Source: an uncultured Candidatus Actinomarina sp.
GTDB lineage: Bacteria; Actinomycetota; Acidimicrobiia; Actinomarinales; Actinomarinaceae
Assembly (NCBI GenBank): GCA_902597375.1
Contig: CACJXH010000001.1
Location: 12,195-76,194 of the forward strand
Direction: 5' to 3'
Length of the DNA: 64,000 nucleotides
Below the pieces are notes generated by a model. The model saw nothing but the letters and a program-made list of their open reading frames with translations, ran no database searches and had not been told where the DNA came from. The position numbers and the translations under genes were made by a program. Positions within the stretch are counted from its first letter, which is position 1. Each line of letters starts with the position of its first letter. Positions 42,972 through 53,432 of this stretch are shown here, in pieces.

Positions 42972-44003
42972 ATGGTAAATAATCTCTATGTTGTAACTCC
43001 AAGAGGATTTTGTGCAGGTGTCGAAATGGCAATAAAAGCACTAACTTGGATGCTTAAAATTTATGATGAACCTGTTTATTGCTATCACGAAATTGTACAT
43101 AATGACTGGATTGTTCAAAAGTTCAAGGACAAAAATGTTATATTCATTGAGGATCCAAAAGATTTACCGAAAGGTTCTATTGTCATGCTTTCGGCTCATG
43201 GAACTGCACCATTGATTGAGATGGAATTCAAAAATATTTCAATGACCAGTGTCAATTCTGTCTGTCCTCTTGTCACAAAAGTTCATCATGAAGCAAAGAG
43301 ATTTAGTGAAGATGGAAAGAAGATAATCTATGTAGGTCATAAGAATCACGATGAGGCTATAGGAGCACTAGGTGTTGCACCAGATAATATGGTATTGGTA
43401 GAGTCTGTCGAAGATATTGATCAAACTAATTTACACAACGACAAGGTTGCATTGCTTGCTCAAACTACACTTGCAATGTCTGAATGGGAACCAATATTAA
43501 ATAAAGCAAAAAGTGAGTACCAAAATATTGAATTACCAAGAAAAAGTGATTTATGTTATGCGACTACTAATAGACAAAAAGCACTAATAAATATTTCAAA
43601 CAAAGTTGATAAAGTACTGGTAGTTGGATCTAGTACCTCAAGTAATACGAATGCACTAGTTACTACTATTAATAATTTAGGAAAAGAAGCTCATAGAATA
43701 GAGACTCTAGACGATTTAGATAATATAAGTTTAGATAATGTAGATGTTGCTATCACTGCAGGAGCATCTGCCCCAGATCATATCGTCAAAGAAATTTCAG
43801 AATATTTAAACCCAAATAATTTAGAATTTTTTATTGACACAACTGAGGAAGAGTATTTTCCACTTCCTAAAGAATTAAGAAGTAATATAACCTCACTTTC
43901 AAAACTTTTAAAAGATATGTTTCCAACAAATAGTAAAGAAGCTGTAAATGGCATTTCCAAAGATAAAAGTTGGTCAGCTACTGAAGCTTTAAGTTCTTTA
44001 TAA
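42972..44003 (+). CDS. ispH: 4-hydroxy-3-methylbut-2-enyl diphosphate reductase
   Basis: 343 aa with the IspH/LytB signature including the Cys ligand (PRGFCAGVEMAI), SAHGT and a second Cys (NSVCPLV). Confidence 0.85.
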   Translation: MVNNLYVVTPRGFCAGVEMAIKALTWMLKIYDEPVYCYHEIVHNDWIVQKFKDKNVIFIEDPKDLPKGSIVMLSAHGTAPLIEMEFKNISMTSVNSVCPLVTKVHHEAKRFSEDGKKIIYVGHKNHDEAIGALGVAPDNMVLVESVEDIDQTNLHNDKVALLAQTTLAMSEWEPILNKAKSEYQNIELPRKSDLCYATTNRQKALINISNKVDKVLVVGSSTSSNTNALVTTINNLGKEAHRIETLDDLDNISLDNVDVAITAGASAPDHIVKEISEYLNPNNLEFFIDTTEEEYFPLPKELRSNITSLSKLLKDMFPTNSKEAVNGISKDKSWSATEALSSL

Positions 44004-44592
44004 TAAGATCAATTGTTTCATCTATCGATAAATTTGAATTATCAACAACCAGTGCACCCTCTGGAATAGTTAAAGGAGAAAATACTCTATTTTTATCTTC
44101 AAAATCTCTTTTTTTAACATCATAAATTGTTTCCTCCATATTTGATTGACCTTCTCTTCTTTTACCTCTGGTTTCCAAATCTGCATCTAAATATACTTTG
44201 TGTTCAGCATCTGGAAATACAACGCTACCCATGTCCCTACCTTCAATTACAAGTGGTTTGTCGAGATTTTCGAAATAGCTAATTAAACAATCTTTAACCA
44301 ATATTCTTAACCCAACTTTTTTTGCAATTTCTGAACTTTTTACAGAAACTTCATTGTCATATAAATCTTCTTCATTAAAAATTACACCATTAACGTTGCA
44401 CTGTTCAGAAACAATTTCTATTTTTAAATCTTCAATTTGAACGTTTTTGTTATTTAGTAAAAATTTTGCAACAGACCTATAAATAGATCCACTTGAGAAA
44501 AAACAAGAATTTAATATAGTTGCAATACTTTTGCCAACTGAGGTTTTTCCAACTCCGGATGGGCCATCAATTGTTACAAGAAACTTTTCCAT
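43978..44592 (-). CDS. cmk: Cytidylate kinase
   Basis: 204 aa with P-loop ITIDGPSGVGKTSVGK. The der-cmk adjacency is conserved. Confidence 0.85.
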   Translation of the reverse strand: MEKFLVTIDGPSGVGKTSVGKSIATILNSCFFSSGSIYRSVAKFLLNNKNVQIEDLKIEIVSEQCNVNGVIFNEEDLYDNEVSVKSSEIAKKVGLRILVKDCLISYFENLDKPLVIEGRDMGSVVFPDAEHKVYLDADLETRGKRREGQSNMEETIYDVKKRDFEDKNRVFSPLTIPEGALVVDNSNLSIDETIDLIIKNLKLQ

Positions 44593-44609
44593 ATATTGAT
44601 TCTATATTT

Positions 44610-45260
44610 CTAGTTACTGTTTATTTGAGATAATTGACCAATTTTCATATCATCTAACAAAAAATTACCAATAGAAATTCTCTTTAAATTTTTAATTTCA
44701 ACTTTATTTTTTGTAAAAACTCTTCTAATTTCTCTATTTTTTCCAGTATTGAGAGTCACTTTATATTCAAATTTATTAACCTTACTTAATTTATTTATTA
44801 CTAGTTTTTCATTTTTATCAGTTACAACTTTTTTAAAAGAGTTAAAGTCAATGGGTTTTGAAACGGTTACTATGTATTCTTTTTCGTAGCCCTTTGAAGG
44901 ATGATTAATATTGTTCAGCCAATCTCCATCGTTGCTTAAAAGCATCAAGCCTTCTGAATCTTTATCAAGTCTTCCACTATATTTAAGTGAATTATCATTT
45001 ATGATGTCGTATATCGTCTTAGATTTTCCCTGAGCTTTTGAAGAACAGATATACCCTATTGGTTTATAAAATTTGAAATATTTATAAACAATCTTTGAAG
45101 ACAAAATTTTGTTTTGATATGTAATTACATCTGTAGTCATAATATCTTGCCCTACGACTGCAAGTTTATTATTAACAGTTATTTTTTTTGCTTTAATTAA
45201 TTCATCAGCGTTTCTTCTCGATGTATTCAGGTGAAGAGCTAAATATTTATTTATTCTCAA
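44610..45260 (-). CDS. rluB: Pseudouridine synthase (RsuA/RluB family) with N-terminal S4 domain
   Basis: 216 aa. S4-like N-terminus (RINKYLA) and catalytic-Asp motif GRLDKDSEGLMLLSNDG. Confidence 0.75.
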   Translation of the reverse strand: MRINKYLALHLNTSRRNADELIKAKKITVNNKLAVVGQDIMTTDVITYQNKILSSKIVYKYFKFYKPIGYICSSKAQGKSKTIYDIINDNSLKYSGRLDKDSEGLMLLSNDGDWLNNINHPSKGYEKEYIVTVSKPIDFNSFKKVVTDKNEKLVINKLSKVNKFEYKVTLNTGKNREIRRVFTKNKVEIKNLKRISIGNFLLDDMKIGQLSQINSN

Positions 45261-45815
45261 TTATTCTTCTTCAGACGGCGATGAGAAATATTCACCGATA
45301 GTAGGTAAATCATTTAAACTTTCAAAGCCTGTTTTTTCTAAAAACTCATCTGTCGTTGAATATAAAATAGGACTACCTGGGACATCCAGCTCCCCTGACT
45401 TGTAGACAAGACCTCGCGACTCAAGAGTCTTTATAGAGGATTCAGATTCTACTCCCCTTATCTCAGAAACTTTTAACTTTGTAACTGGTTGTTCGTATGC
45501 AACTATCGCAAGAGTTTCTAAAGCTGGGGTTGATAAGCCTTTTAAAACTGATGGAGGCTTTACTGAATCTAAATATTTAGGTATATCATTTACAGTCACT
45601 AAATCAGATTTCGTTGAATCAAATCGTAAATAAAATCCAAAACCAAGATTTGTTAAGTCGTTGTTAATTTCATCAAATAATTTAAATAGTTTATTTCCAT
45701 CTATCTCTAGGAGTTCTTCAAAATAGGAGTTTTGTACAGGTCCATCACTTACCAAAAGGGTCGCAGTAATGATTTTTTTATTCTTCATAATTTTTTTCAA
45801 TCTTAATAAGCTCAT
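45261..45815 (-). CDS. scpB: Segregation and condensation protein B
   Basis: 184 aa with tandem winged-helix ScpB pattern (ETLAIVAYEQPVTKLKVSEIRGV...TLESRGLV). Confidence 0.75.
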   Translation of the reverse strand: MSLLRLKKIMKNKKIITATLLVSDGPVQNSYFEELLEIDGNKLFKLFDEINNDLTNLGFGFYLRFDSTKSDLVTVNDIPKYLDSVKPPSVLKGLSTPALETLAIVAYEQPVTKLKVSEIRGVESESSIKTLESRGLVYKSGELDVPGSPILYSTTDEFLEKTGFESLNDLPTIGEYFSSPSEEE

Positions 45816-46488
45816 TATTATTAACTTGTTCTGCTTTTACAAATCCCCAACGTATTGCTTCAAGTAAAGCTAAAAAAATTGCAACTGCTTGTTCAGAGGT
45901 CTCAACTTCAGAGGCAAGCTCTTCAAAAGAAGTATTTAATCTTTTGTCTACACTAGACAGTAAAGAATTGATCGCTTCATCTATATCAGGTAAATCATAT
46001 TCGATATGATCAAAACCCTTAATTGATTTATATCTAATAAAAACTTCTTCAGCTGTTTCTTGAAATATTTTTTTATCAATAGTTATTTCAATATCAGGTT
46101 TACGAAATAGATTTAAAGTCTGATAATATTTAAAAGCACTTATAGACATTTCATTTTCTCGTATTCTTGAGGCAAGAGCAATTCCAACTTCTGAAAAAGC
46201 TTTGAACTGTAATAATCTTGCAAATGCCAAATCTTTGTCCTTAATCAATTGAATTTCGTCAATCCAATCAACATCTTCATTTTGGGGAAGTAAACTTTTA
46301 GCTTTCAATTCAAATAATGAAGCAACTAACAATACAATCTCTGAAAAACTATCAATATCTTTTCTAACATTTTCGACATTTAAAGATGAGAACAAATTTA
46401 ATAGGTTAGTGTTTAAATCATTATCCTTATTATCAGAAAAATCGATAAGTAATGATTTAAGATTTGAAATTAAGTCATTTAAATCCAT
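45778..46488 (-). CDS. scpA: Segregation and condensation protein A
   Basis: 236 aa. The C-terminal AIFLALLEAIRWGFVKAEQ matches the ScpA C-terminus. It lies directly upstream of scpB with an overlap. Confidence 0.65.
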   Translation of the reverse strand: MDLNDLISNLKSLLIDFSDNKDNDLNTNLLNLFSSLNVENVRKDIDSFSEIVLLVASLFELKAKSLLPQNEDVDWIDEIQLIKDKDLAFARLLQFKAFSEVGIALASRIRENEMSISAFKYYQTLNLFRKPDIEITIDKKIFQETAEEVFIRYKSIKGFDHIEYDLPDIDEAINSLLSSVDKRLNTSFEELASEVETSEQAVAIFLALLEAIRWGFVKAEQVNNNELIKIEKNYEE

Positions 46489-46961
46489 TAATAATCAGTT
46501 TTATCCAATATGAAGTGTTTATTCTGCAACAGTTCTTTTTTATAGTATTGAATAATGTCATCATTAACCGAATATTTTTCTAACTCAGTTAAACCGTTTA
46601 TTTCATGATCAAGATATAAACGAGATTTTTCATTGTTTACAATTTTCAGTTCAGAAAATATCCTAAATATCCATGAAAAATGTGATATTGATTTTCCAAT
46701 ATCATGAATAAGAGAAAGAGTAAATAAATTATTTAACGACTCCAATTCTTTTATTGAAGGTGATTCATTATCAAAAGTCATATTTATTGTACGCTCAAGA
46801 ACTTCCACAGAATGATGCCTGTCTTGCATTGAGAGTTGCCAAAATAATCTTAGAAGATTGTCGTCATTAAGTTGTTGCATGACTTTAATCTGATCTTCAA
46901 CAGGGAGATGTTTATAAAACAAAAACCTAATTGCTCTTTTGATTTTTAAATATAGTTTCAT
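46488..46961 (-). CDS. Small HD-domain-like protein of unknown function
   Basis: 157 aa with H...HD motif pieces (HHSVEV...LIHDIGK). It is wedged between xerD and scpA with a 4-nt overlap at both ends. Confidence 0.4.
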   Translation of the reverse strand: MKLYLKIKRAIRFLFYKHLPVEDQIKVMQQLNDDNLLRLFWQLSMQDRHHSVEVLERTINMTFDNESPSIKELESLNNLFTLSLIHDIGKSISHFSWIFRIFSELKIVNNEKSRLYLDHEINGLTELEKYSVNDDIIQYYKKELLQNKHFILDKTDY

Positions 46962-47839
46962 GCTCTTGGATGACTCTCCTTAAATATTTCTACCAAAAAT
47001 TCTTTGGTTAATTTAGTATAAATCTTTGTTGTAGAAACTGATGTATGTCCTAATAATTCTTGTAACGTCCTCAGATCACATCCTGCCTCGAGCATATGTG
47101 TAGCTGCACTATGTCTCAATGTGTGTGGATGAACTGATAATGCATTATCCGAAAGTGCTGCTGACTTTTTAATAATTCTAAAAATTGCTGATCTATCGAG
47201 CTGATTCATGTTTTTTGATAAAAATAAGTATGGTTCTTGAGTGTTTAATTCATCACGAAATTTTAAGTACTTTGATAAATTAATTTTTAATTCAGAACCT
47301 ATTGGAACAATTCTCTGTTTAGAACCTTTTCCAAATAGCTTTACGAAATCTTCTTCAAAATCTAAATCTGATACTCTTACGTCACATAGTTCCGAAACTC
47401 TACAGGCAGTTGAGTACATAAAATCAATCAACGTTAAATTTCTAGAGTTCATATAGTTTGAATGATCATAGATGTTTATTAATCTATTAACGTCTGATAC
47501 TGATATAGTTTCAGGTAGATAAGAGCCTTTTTTTAAACTAACTTTTTCAATTACAATCTGATATTCCTTATTATCTAAATTAAACCAATCAATATATTGA
47601 TTTATAGAAGAAATTTTTCTTATCTTCGAATTATCAGATTTGTGATTTAGTTCTGAAGTTATGAATAGCTCAATTAGATCATTATTTATTATATTTTCAC
47701 CGGTAAATTCTAAAAATTGAGTTATATCTGATTCATATGCGCTTATAGTGTTTGCTGATAGACCTTTTTTAAATTTTAAAAAATTTGTGAACTCTAGGAC
47801 TAAATCTTTGTTACTTTTCTTTGACTGTTTCTGAGACAA
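46958..47839 (-). CDS. xerD: Tyrosine recombinase XerD (chromosome dimer resolution)
   Basis: 293 aa. Catalytic RHR-Y residues lie in the conserved C-terminal block (HPHTLRHSAATHMLEAGCDLRTLQELLGHTSVSTTKIYT). The housekeeping context with scpAB/pyrG argues against a phage integrase. Confidence 0.8.
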   Translation of the reverse strand: MSQKQSKKSNKDLVLEFTNFLKFKKGLSANTISAYESDITQFLEFTGENIINNDLIELFITSELNHKSDNSKIRKISSINQYIDWFNLDNKEYQIVIEKVSLKKGSYLPETISVSDVNRLINIYDHSNYMNSRNLTLIDFMYSTACRVSELCDVRVSDLDFEEDFVKLFGKGSKQRIVPIGSELKINLSKYLKFRDELNTQEPYLFLSKNMNQLDRSAIFRIIKKSAALSDNALSVHPHTLRHSAATHMLEAGCDLRTLQELLGHTSVSTTKIYTKLTKEFLVEIFKESHPRA

Positions 47840-49439
47840 TGTTTTCTGATTTTATTGATATGTTTTTAATTGAAGCAAGTACAAATTCTTTGAATAAAGG
47901 AGCTGGGTCCCATGGCCTTGATTTAAATTCAGGATGAAATTGCGAAGCTATAAAAAACGGGTGGCCTGGAATTTCTATCATTTCAACTAAATTATTGTCT
48001 GGAGAAACTCCCCCAATTTTTAGACCTTTTTCTACTAATATATCTCTATATTTATTATTCACCTCATATCTATGCCTATGTCTTTCATAAATTATTTCAT
48101 CACTATAAATTTGTGCGGCTAATGAATCATCATTTAATTTACATGGGTATGTACCTAGTCTCATAGATGCACCGACATCATCTTTTTCTAAATTTTGATT
48201 TGGTAGTAAGTCAATCACATAATTTTTTGTGTTTTTTGAAAATTCTGAAGAGTTTGCATCATCAATTCCACAAACATTTCTTGCAAATTCGATTACAGCA
48301 CATTGTAATCCTAAACATATACCTAAAAATGGTATGTTATTTTTTCTAATGTACTCTATTGCTGAAATCTTTCCTTCTATCCCCCTGTATCCAAATCCTC
48401 CTGGGACAATAACCCCGTCCATATCTTGTAGATTTTCTATTTCAAAATTGTCTGCATCTATCCAGTGAAGATCGAGTTTTACTTTATTTTGAAGACACGC
48501 ATGATTAAGTGACTCTACAACAGAGAGATAGCTATCTGGTAATCCAAAATATTTTCCAAGGATTGCAATCTTAACTGTTTCATTTGCTTCAAGTTTAAGA
48601 TTTACCATTGTTTTCCATTCCTCTAATGAAGGTTCATTAGTTTGTAGATTCAATCTCTCATCCACTGATTTATCAAGACCTTCATCACGCATCCTTAAAG
48701 GAACGGCATAGATATCATCTAAATCAGGTGCATTAATTACATTATTTACTGCAACATCGCAAAATAATGAAACTTTGCTCTTTATCTCATCATTAAGTTC
48801 TCTGTCTGATCTCAAAACAATTAAATCAGGAGAGATACCTGCTGCTCTTAATAAAGATACGGAATGTTGAGTAGGTTTTGTTTTTAATTCGGTACTTGGA
48901 CCGATAAAAGGTACCAATGTGACATGAATAAACATTACGTTTTCAGTTCCTAATTCTTTCCTTATTTGTCTTGCAGCTTCAAGAAATGGAAGAATTTCAA
49001 TATCTCCAACGGTTCCCCCAATTTCAGTGATTTGAACATCTACATCATTTGAGATTCCCTTAATTCTTCTTTTTATTTCATCAGTAATATGGGGAATAAC
49101 TTGAACAGTTGCACCTAAGTAATCTCCTTTTCTCTCACTTTCAATTACTTTTCTGTAAATACTTCCTGTAGTAACGTTGGAGTCTTTTCTTAAATTAACG
49201 CCTGTAAACCTTTCATAATGACCAAGATCTAAATCAGTTGTTGCTCCATCTTCAGTTACAAAAACTTCACCATGTTGAAAGGGATTCATTGTATCCGGAT
49301 CAACATTAATATAAGGATCTAATTTTTGATTTATAACGCTTAATCCACGAGCTTTGAGAAGGTTTCCAAGAGATGCAGATGTAATCCCTTTACCAAGACC
49401 AGAGACAACACCACCGGTGACAAAAATGTATTTGGTCAC
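47811..49439 (-). CDS. pyrG: CTP synthase
   Basis: 542 aa with an N-terminal synthetase domain ([13 protein letters not shown]) and C-terminal glutamine amidotransferase ([15 protein letters not shown]). Confidence 0.9.
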   Translation of the reverse strand: MTKYIFVTGGVVSGLGKGITSASLGNLLKARGLSVINQKLDPYINVDPDTMNPFQHGEVFVTEDGATTDLDLGHYERFTGVNLRKDSNVTTGSIYRKVIESERKGDYLGATVQVIPHITDEIKRRIKGISNDVDVQITEIGGTVGDIEILPFLEAARQIRKELGTENVMFIHVTLVPFIGPSTELKTKPTQHSVSLLRAAGISPDLIVLRSDRELNDEIKSKVSLFCDVAVNNVINAPDLDDIYAVPLRMRDEGLDKSVDERLNLQTNEPSLEEWKTMVNLKLEANETVKIAILGKYFGLPDSYLSVVESLNHACLQNKVKLDLHWIDADNFEIENLQDMDGVIVPGGFGYRGIEGKISAIEYIRKNNIPFLGICLGLQCAVIEFARNVCGIDDANSSEFSKNTKNYVIDLLPNQNLEKDDVGASMRLGTYPCKLNDDSLAAQIYSDEIIYERHRHRYEVNNKYRDILVEKGLKIGGVSPDNNLVEMIEIPGHPFFIASQFHPEFKSRPWDPAPLFKEFVLASIKNISIKSENIVSETVKEK

Positions 49440-49476
49440 ATTGAAACTTTAGCATATAAAGAATTAAATAAAAGGA

Positions 49477-50274
49477 CTATCTTAAAATTTGATTTAAAAA
49501 TAAATCTAACTTTGGATCATTATCTGTGCCAAGTATGTTTATAGATTTATCTGATAAGCCATATTCATACTTCAGATTCTGATCATTTTTTTCTTGAACT
49601 TCAACAACACCATCAAACTGAATGGCATAATTTTGATTCTTATTTATTGATACTTCAATCAAACTATTTTTATCTATGACTATAGATCTTGGAAACTTTG
49701 AAAATGGAGAGATTGGTGTGATAGATATAACATCTAGATTATTTTGAATAATTGGACCACCAGCAGAGTAATTGTATGCAGTAGAGCCAAGTGAAGTTGA
49801 TAGAATAAGCCCGTCAGCACGTAATTTTACTTTTTGTCCATACATTGATAATTCCAGATCAAGAATCCTGGTTGGAGAATTTTTAATAATAACGACTTCA
49901 TTGAAAGCAGGGAGGCTAAGGTCATTATTTTGAATTATTGCTTTTCTTTTAACAACATCGTAATCCTCATTATTCCAAGACTTAAGAATATTTCCAAGAT
50001 TTTCAGAAGATGAAACTAAATAACCTAATCTTCCAGGACCAATCGTGATTAAAGAAGTATTTTTTTCCCATGCAACACGCATTGCTTTTAGAGCTGTACC
50101 GTCACCACCAATGCTTATAATTAAGTCGGGGTCAATCTTATTTAATTCTTTTGAATCTGATTCGACGTCAAATACATCATATTTTAAATTATTTTTCTCT
50201 ACAGTTTTAAAAATGTCATCAGATATTTTTTTTGATAGGTACTTTTTAGATGAAATTATTAATAAATTCTTCAC
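49477..50274 (-). CDS. nadK: NAD kinase
   Basis: 265 aa with the GGDGT motif and NE/D short motif (DGLILSTSLGSTAYNYSAGGPI). Confidence 0.85.
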   Translation of the reverse strand: MKNLLIISSKKYLSKKISDDIFKTVEKNNLKYDVFDVESDSKELNKIDPDLIISIGGDGTALKAMRVAWEKNTSLITIGPGRLGYLVSSSENLGNILKSWNNEDYDVVKRKAIIQNNDLSLPAFNEVVIIKNSPTRILDLELSMYGQKVKLRADGLILSTSLGSTAYNYSAGGPIIQNNLDVISITPISPFSKFPRSIVIDKNSLIEVSINKNQNYAIQFDGVVEVQEKNDQNLKYEYGLSDKSINILGTDNDPKLDLFLNQILR

Positions 50275-50310
50275 TAGGATATATTATACGTATCTTCTTA
50301 GGAGTACAAA

Positions 50311-51018
50311 GTGATACCAATTTCAGATATTAATCCAGCAAAAAGTAATCCAATTATTTCAAGAATTTTTATTATTGCATCAATAATTGTTTACGTACTT
50401 ATCCAGCCAAAAAATCCTAGTGAGCTTTTTAATTTTTTTTATGAATTTGCTGCGATACCCTGTGAGATATATAACAATAAACCGTTATCAATAGATCAGT
50501 ACTATAACAATGATTGTTCTGCTCTAACTAGTAATATTGTTTTCGAAAATAAAAATATTTTTTTAAGCCTAATCCTATCCAATATTTTCCATGCAAACTT
50601 TATACACATATTAGGAAACCTTTGGAGTTTTTGGATATTTGGAAACAACATAGAAGATGTTTTAGGAAGAGCTAGATTTATTATATTTCTTTTTATGACT
50701 GGATTGTTCAGTATGTTTGCTCACGTTTTTTTAAATTTTAATGATATTAATCCAATTGTTGGAGCGTCAGGTATAGTAGCGGCATTAATGGGTGCTTATG
50801 TGTATTTATTTCCAAATGCTCAATTACTTGTTCTGGTTCCTTTTGGATTTTTATTTCCAACAACAATAAGAGCAAAATTCTTTATGATTTTTTGGTTTTT
50901 TTCTCAAATTGTTATAGCTTTACAAAATAATAATATTTCCTGGGAAGCTCATATTGGAGGATTTTTAATTGGATACTTAGTTCTTAGAATTTTCAATTAT
51001 AGAAGATACACTCTGTGA
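50311..51018 (+). CDS. Rhomboid-family intramembrane serine protease
   Basis: 235 aa polytopic protein. It has the catalytic GxSG (GASGIVAALMGAY) and a downstream His in a TM helix (AHIGGFLIGY). Confidence 0.7.
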   Translation: MIPISDINPAKSNPIISRIFIIASIIVYVLIQPKNPSELFNFFYEFAAIPCEIYNNKPLSIDQYYNNDCSALTSNIVFENKNIFLSLILSNIFHANFIHILGNLWSFWIFGNNIEDVLGRARFIIFLFMTGLFSMFAHVFLNFNDINPIVGASGIVAALMGAYVYLFPNAQLLVLVPFGFLFPTTIRAKFFMIFWFFSQIVIALQNNNISWEAHIGGFLIGYLVLRIFNYRRYTL

Positions 51019-51738
51019 AAAAGTATCGAACTTAAAATCTGCTATATCTTCATCCAAATAGTTTTTTATTGAAGAGTCAACAAGATAAGATTTAGCATCA
51101 ATATCTTTTGCAAGTAATATATCTGTATCAACTCTATCTCCAATTACAGCAAAAATCTTAGGGAATTGTTTCAACAAATACTCTGAATAAAAGGAATCTG
51201 GCTTTCCAAAAGAGTTAATACTTGATCCAACTAAGCTTTCAATTTCCCGTACTATCGCACCATTGCCATCTTTAAATTCATGATCGTTAATTGGGAAAGT
51301 AAGATCTTTATTCATAGCAATAACATCAACTCCTCTGTTAAAAGCATTTGCAATACTTTCGACGTCATGTCGTGAAAATGAATCTGTTCTTCCTATGAGG
51401 ATAATTTCTGATTTATCAATTGGAAAGAGTTCAGTTGTTATCGTCTTTACATATTTTTGTAAATTGTATGAACCATGCACATAAATTTTTTTATCAAAAT
51501 TCTTTAGATAGTCTTTTAAAATTACTAATGGGCTGACAATATCATTAAGATGTATTTCATTAGAAAGCATATTTTCTAATTTATTTTTTATTTGATAGGG
51601 AGTCTCTGAACTGTTGTTTGTTATGAAAATAATTCTAAAATTATTATTTTTAGCTTCATGAATAGAATCTTTTACTCCAGGAATAATTTTTGATTGAAGA
51701 TAAATAGTTCCATCAAGGTCTGTAGCGATTATTTTCAC
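50977..51738 (-). CDS. HAD-superfamily hydrolase (NagD-like sugar phosphatase)
   Basis: 253 aa with DxDGT motif I at the N-terminus (IIATDLDGTIY) and motif IV (GDRVDTD). Confidence 0.7.
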   Translation of the reverse strand: MKIIATDLDGTIYLQSKIIPGVKDSIHEAKNNNFRIIFITNNSSETPYQIKNKLENMLSNEIHLNDIVSPLVILKDYLKNFDKKIYVHGSYNLQKYVKTITTELFPIDKSEIILIGRTDSFSRHDVESIANAFNRGVDVIAMNKDLTFPINDHEFKDGNGAIVREIESLVGSSINSFGKPDSFYSEYLLKQFPKIFAVIGDRVDTDILLAKDIDAKSYLVDSSIKNYLDEDIADFKFDTFSQSVSSIIENSKN

Positions 51739-52177
51739 GTTTCTTTTCCATTATTAGAACTTTGGCTGTAATTGCATTACTTTCATAAAAATTTTTTGCT
51801 TGTCTATCACTTGGTAAAGCAAATGATCTAACTTCCAAATTTTTCATATTTGCATTATCAGCAATGTATTCAAAAAGTTTTGTACCTAAACCAAGTTCTC
51901 TAAAATTATCTTTAATAAACAATTCGTATACATTCCAATAGAAATCAGCCTCTACAATTCTTGCATAGCCAACAATATTGGAATTACCCTTTTGAGAAGT
52001 TTTTAAAACAAAATAGTACGAATCAAAGTTTTCTGATATTTTTTGATAATAATCAAATAAAACACTGTCAATATTTTGAATTTCTTTGTTAAATAAATTT
52101 TGAAGGTCGATTGGTGGGTTTTTTTGTTGCTCTATTTCAAAATCTATTCCAAAATCTTGAAATTTTTTTTCATGCAC
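51713..52177 (-). CDS. GNAT-family N-acetyltransferase
   Basis: 154 aa. The acetyl-CoA binding motif reads RELGLGTKLFEY (R/Q-x-x-G-x-G/A). Confidence 0.55.
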   Translation of the reverse strand: MHEKKFQDFGIDFEIEQQKNPPIDLQNLFNKEIQNIDSVLFDYYQKISENFDSYYFVLKTSQKGNSNIVGYARIVEADFYWNVYELFIKDNFRELGLGTKLFEYIADNANMKNLEVRSFALPSDRQAKNFYESNAITAKVLIMEKKRENNRYRP

Positions 52178-52529
52178 AATCGTAACAAACCTTTGCCCGT
52201 GGTTTAGCTAACTGCGTAAATTTTAATATTAAGAAGCAAATTGAACATGTAAATTCATCTTCTTGAATATCTTCTACTGTTTCGTCTAATTTAAGGTCTG
52301 AGCTTTTAACATTTCTTTTTTCTGCAGCATCGACGGACATAAATGATCCTTCTGCTTCATCACCGTCATCAACAGCCTTCTTTTTCTCTGTTTCTACCCT
52401 AGCTTCTAAAGACTCTGTTTCTACTTCTTCTTTCTCTTCTTCTTCTTGAGGAGCTTCAGATTCATCTAAATCTTCCTCAAGGTCTTCCATAGTAGGCTCT
52501 TCTATGTCTTCGATCTCTTTATCTGCCAT
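52170..52529 (-). CDS. Acidic zinc-ribbon protein, DUF4193-like (actinobacterial)
   Basis: 119 aa. The N-terminal two-thirds are extremely acidic (D/E-rich). The C-terminus reads DEFTCSICFLILKFTQLAKPRAKVCYDCA (CxxC...CxxC), matching the conserved DUF4193 C-terminal pattern recalled from Streptomyces/Mycobacterium homologs. Confidence 0.55.
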   Translation of the reverse strand: MADKEIEDIEEPTMEDLEEDLDESEAPQEEEEKEEVETESLEARVETEKKKAVDDGDEAEGSFMSVDAAEKRNVKSSDLKLDETVEDIQEDEFTCSICFLILKFTQLAKPRAKVCYDCA

Positions 52530-52559
52530 AATTGTCCTTAAATTTCTGTAAGAATAATA

Positions 52560-53432
52560 CTAAATTTTGAGAAGTATAGCTTGTTTTTTAACAATAATCT
52601 CAGCAGGACCATTATCAAAATAATCACCATCAACTTCAATGGGACTTCTAGATTTTAGACAAATCTTATTAATTCTTTTCAATATCACATCGGGATCCGT
52701 TAAATGTAGGCCTTTCTTTGCTAAAAAGAATAATTTCATAGCTTTCGTCTTTGTAACTTTAAATATCTGAGTGTTTAACAATCCATCCTGCAAGCTTGAT
52801 TTAGGAGAAATGTTCCAACCACCACCAAAGTATTGTCCATTACAAATTGAAATATTAAAGGCGATATCTCTGAATTCATACGAATCATTGCTTATTTCAA
52901 ATATGTCACTCTTTGCAGGAAGCAATTTAATCCAAAAACTAATTGGATATCTAAATCTTTTAAAAACTCTTGGGAGTGCCTCGCTAGTTTTAACTGTGTC
53001 AGCTAAAAAACCAAAATTCAATACATTTACAAAATGTCTGGATTTATTTTCTGATTTTATATATGCAACATCTATTTTGTAATCTTGGTTCGTTTTTAGT
53101 CTTTCTACGCCTTCATTGATGGTTTTTGGAAATGCAAAAGTTCTCATAAAATCCGAACCACTACCCGAAGGAAGGCATGCAACTTCTGGATTAGCTATAT
53201 TGTTTTTTAAAATTATATCGATCAAATTACTAAGCGTTCCATCACCTCCTACAGCACAAAAAATAACATCATCGTCAATATATTTTTTAATAATTACTTC
53301 TACTTCTTTAGATTGCTTTGTTTGATAAATATCACAATTTAATTGATTTTTATCAAAAATCTTTTGCAAATCTAGACGTGTTAGTTTTTTACCTCTGGAA
53401 TTTTTATTATGGATTACTACTATTTTTTTCAC
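52560..53432 (-). CDS. Diacylglycerol/lipid kinase catalytic-domain protein (DAGK_cat, YegS-like)
   Basis: 290 aa with the GGDGT nucleotide-binding motif (CAVGGDGTLSN) and a PSGSGSD segment. Confidence 0.7.
   Translation of the reverse strand: MKKIVVIHNKNSRGKKLTRLDLQKIFDKNQLNCDIYQTKQSKEVEVIIKKYIDDDVIFCAVGGDGTLSNLIDIILKNNIANPEVACLPSGSGSDFMRTFAFPKTINEGVERLKTNQDYKIDVAYIKSENKSRHFVNVLNFGFLADTVKTSEALPRVFKRFRYPISFWIKLLPAKSDIFEISNDSYEFRDIAFNISICNGQYFGGGWNISPKSSLQDGLLNTQIFKVTKTKAMKLFFLAKKGLHLTDPDVILKRINKICLKSRSPIEVDGDYFDNGPAEIIVKKQAILLKI

Noticed and set aside
46958-47839. Tyrosine recombinase as a marker of an integrated mobile element
   Set aside because: Its context (scpA/scpB downstream, pyrG/nadK upstream) is the conserved chromosomal xerD locus. 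There are no att-like repeats, phage genes or tRNA genes nearby.
50045-50314. 89-aa plus-strand ORF upstream of the rhomboid gene
   Set aside because: It lies antisense within the 5' part of nadK, with no independent support.
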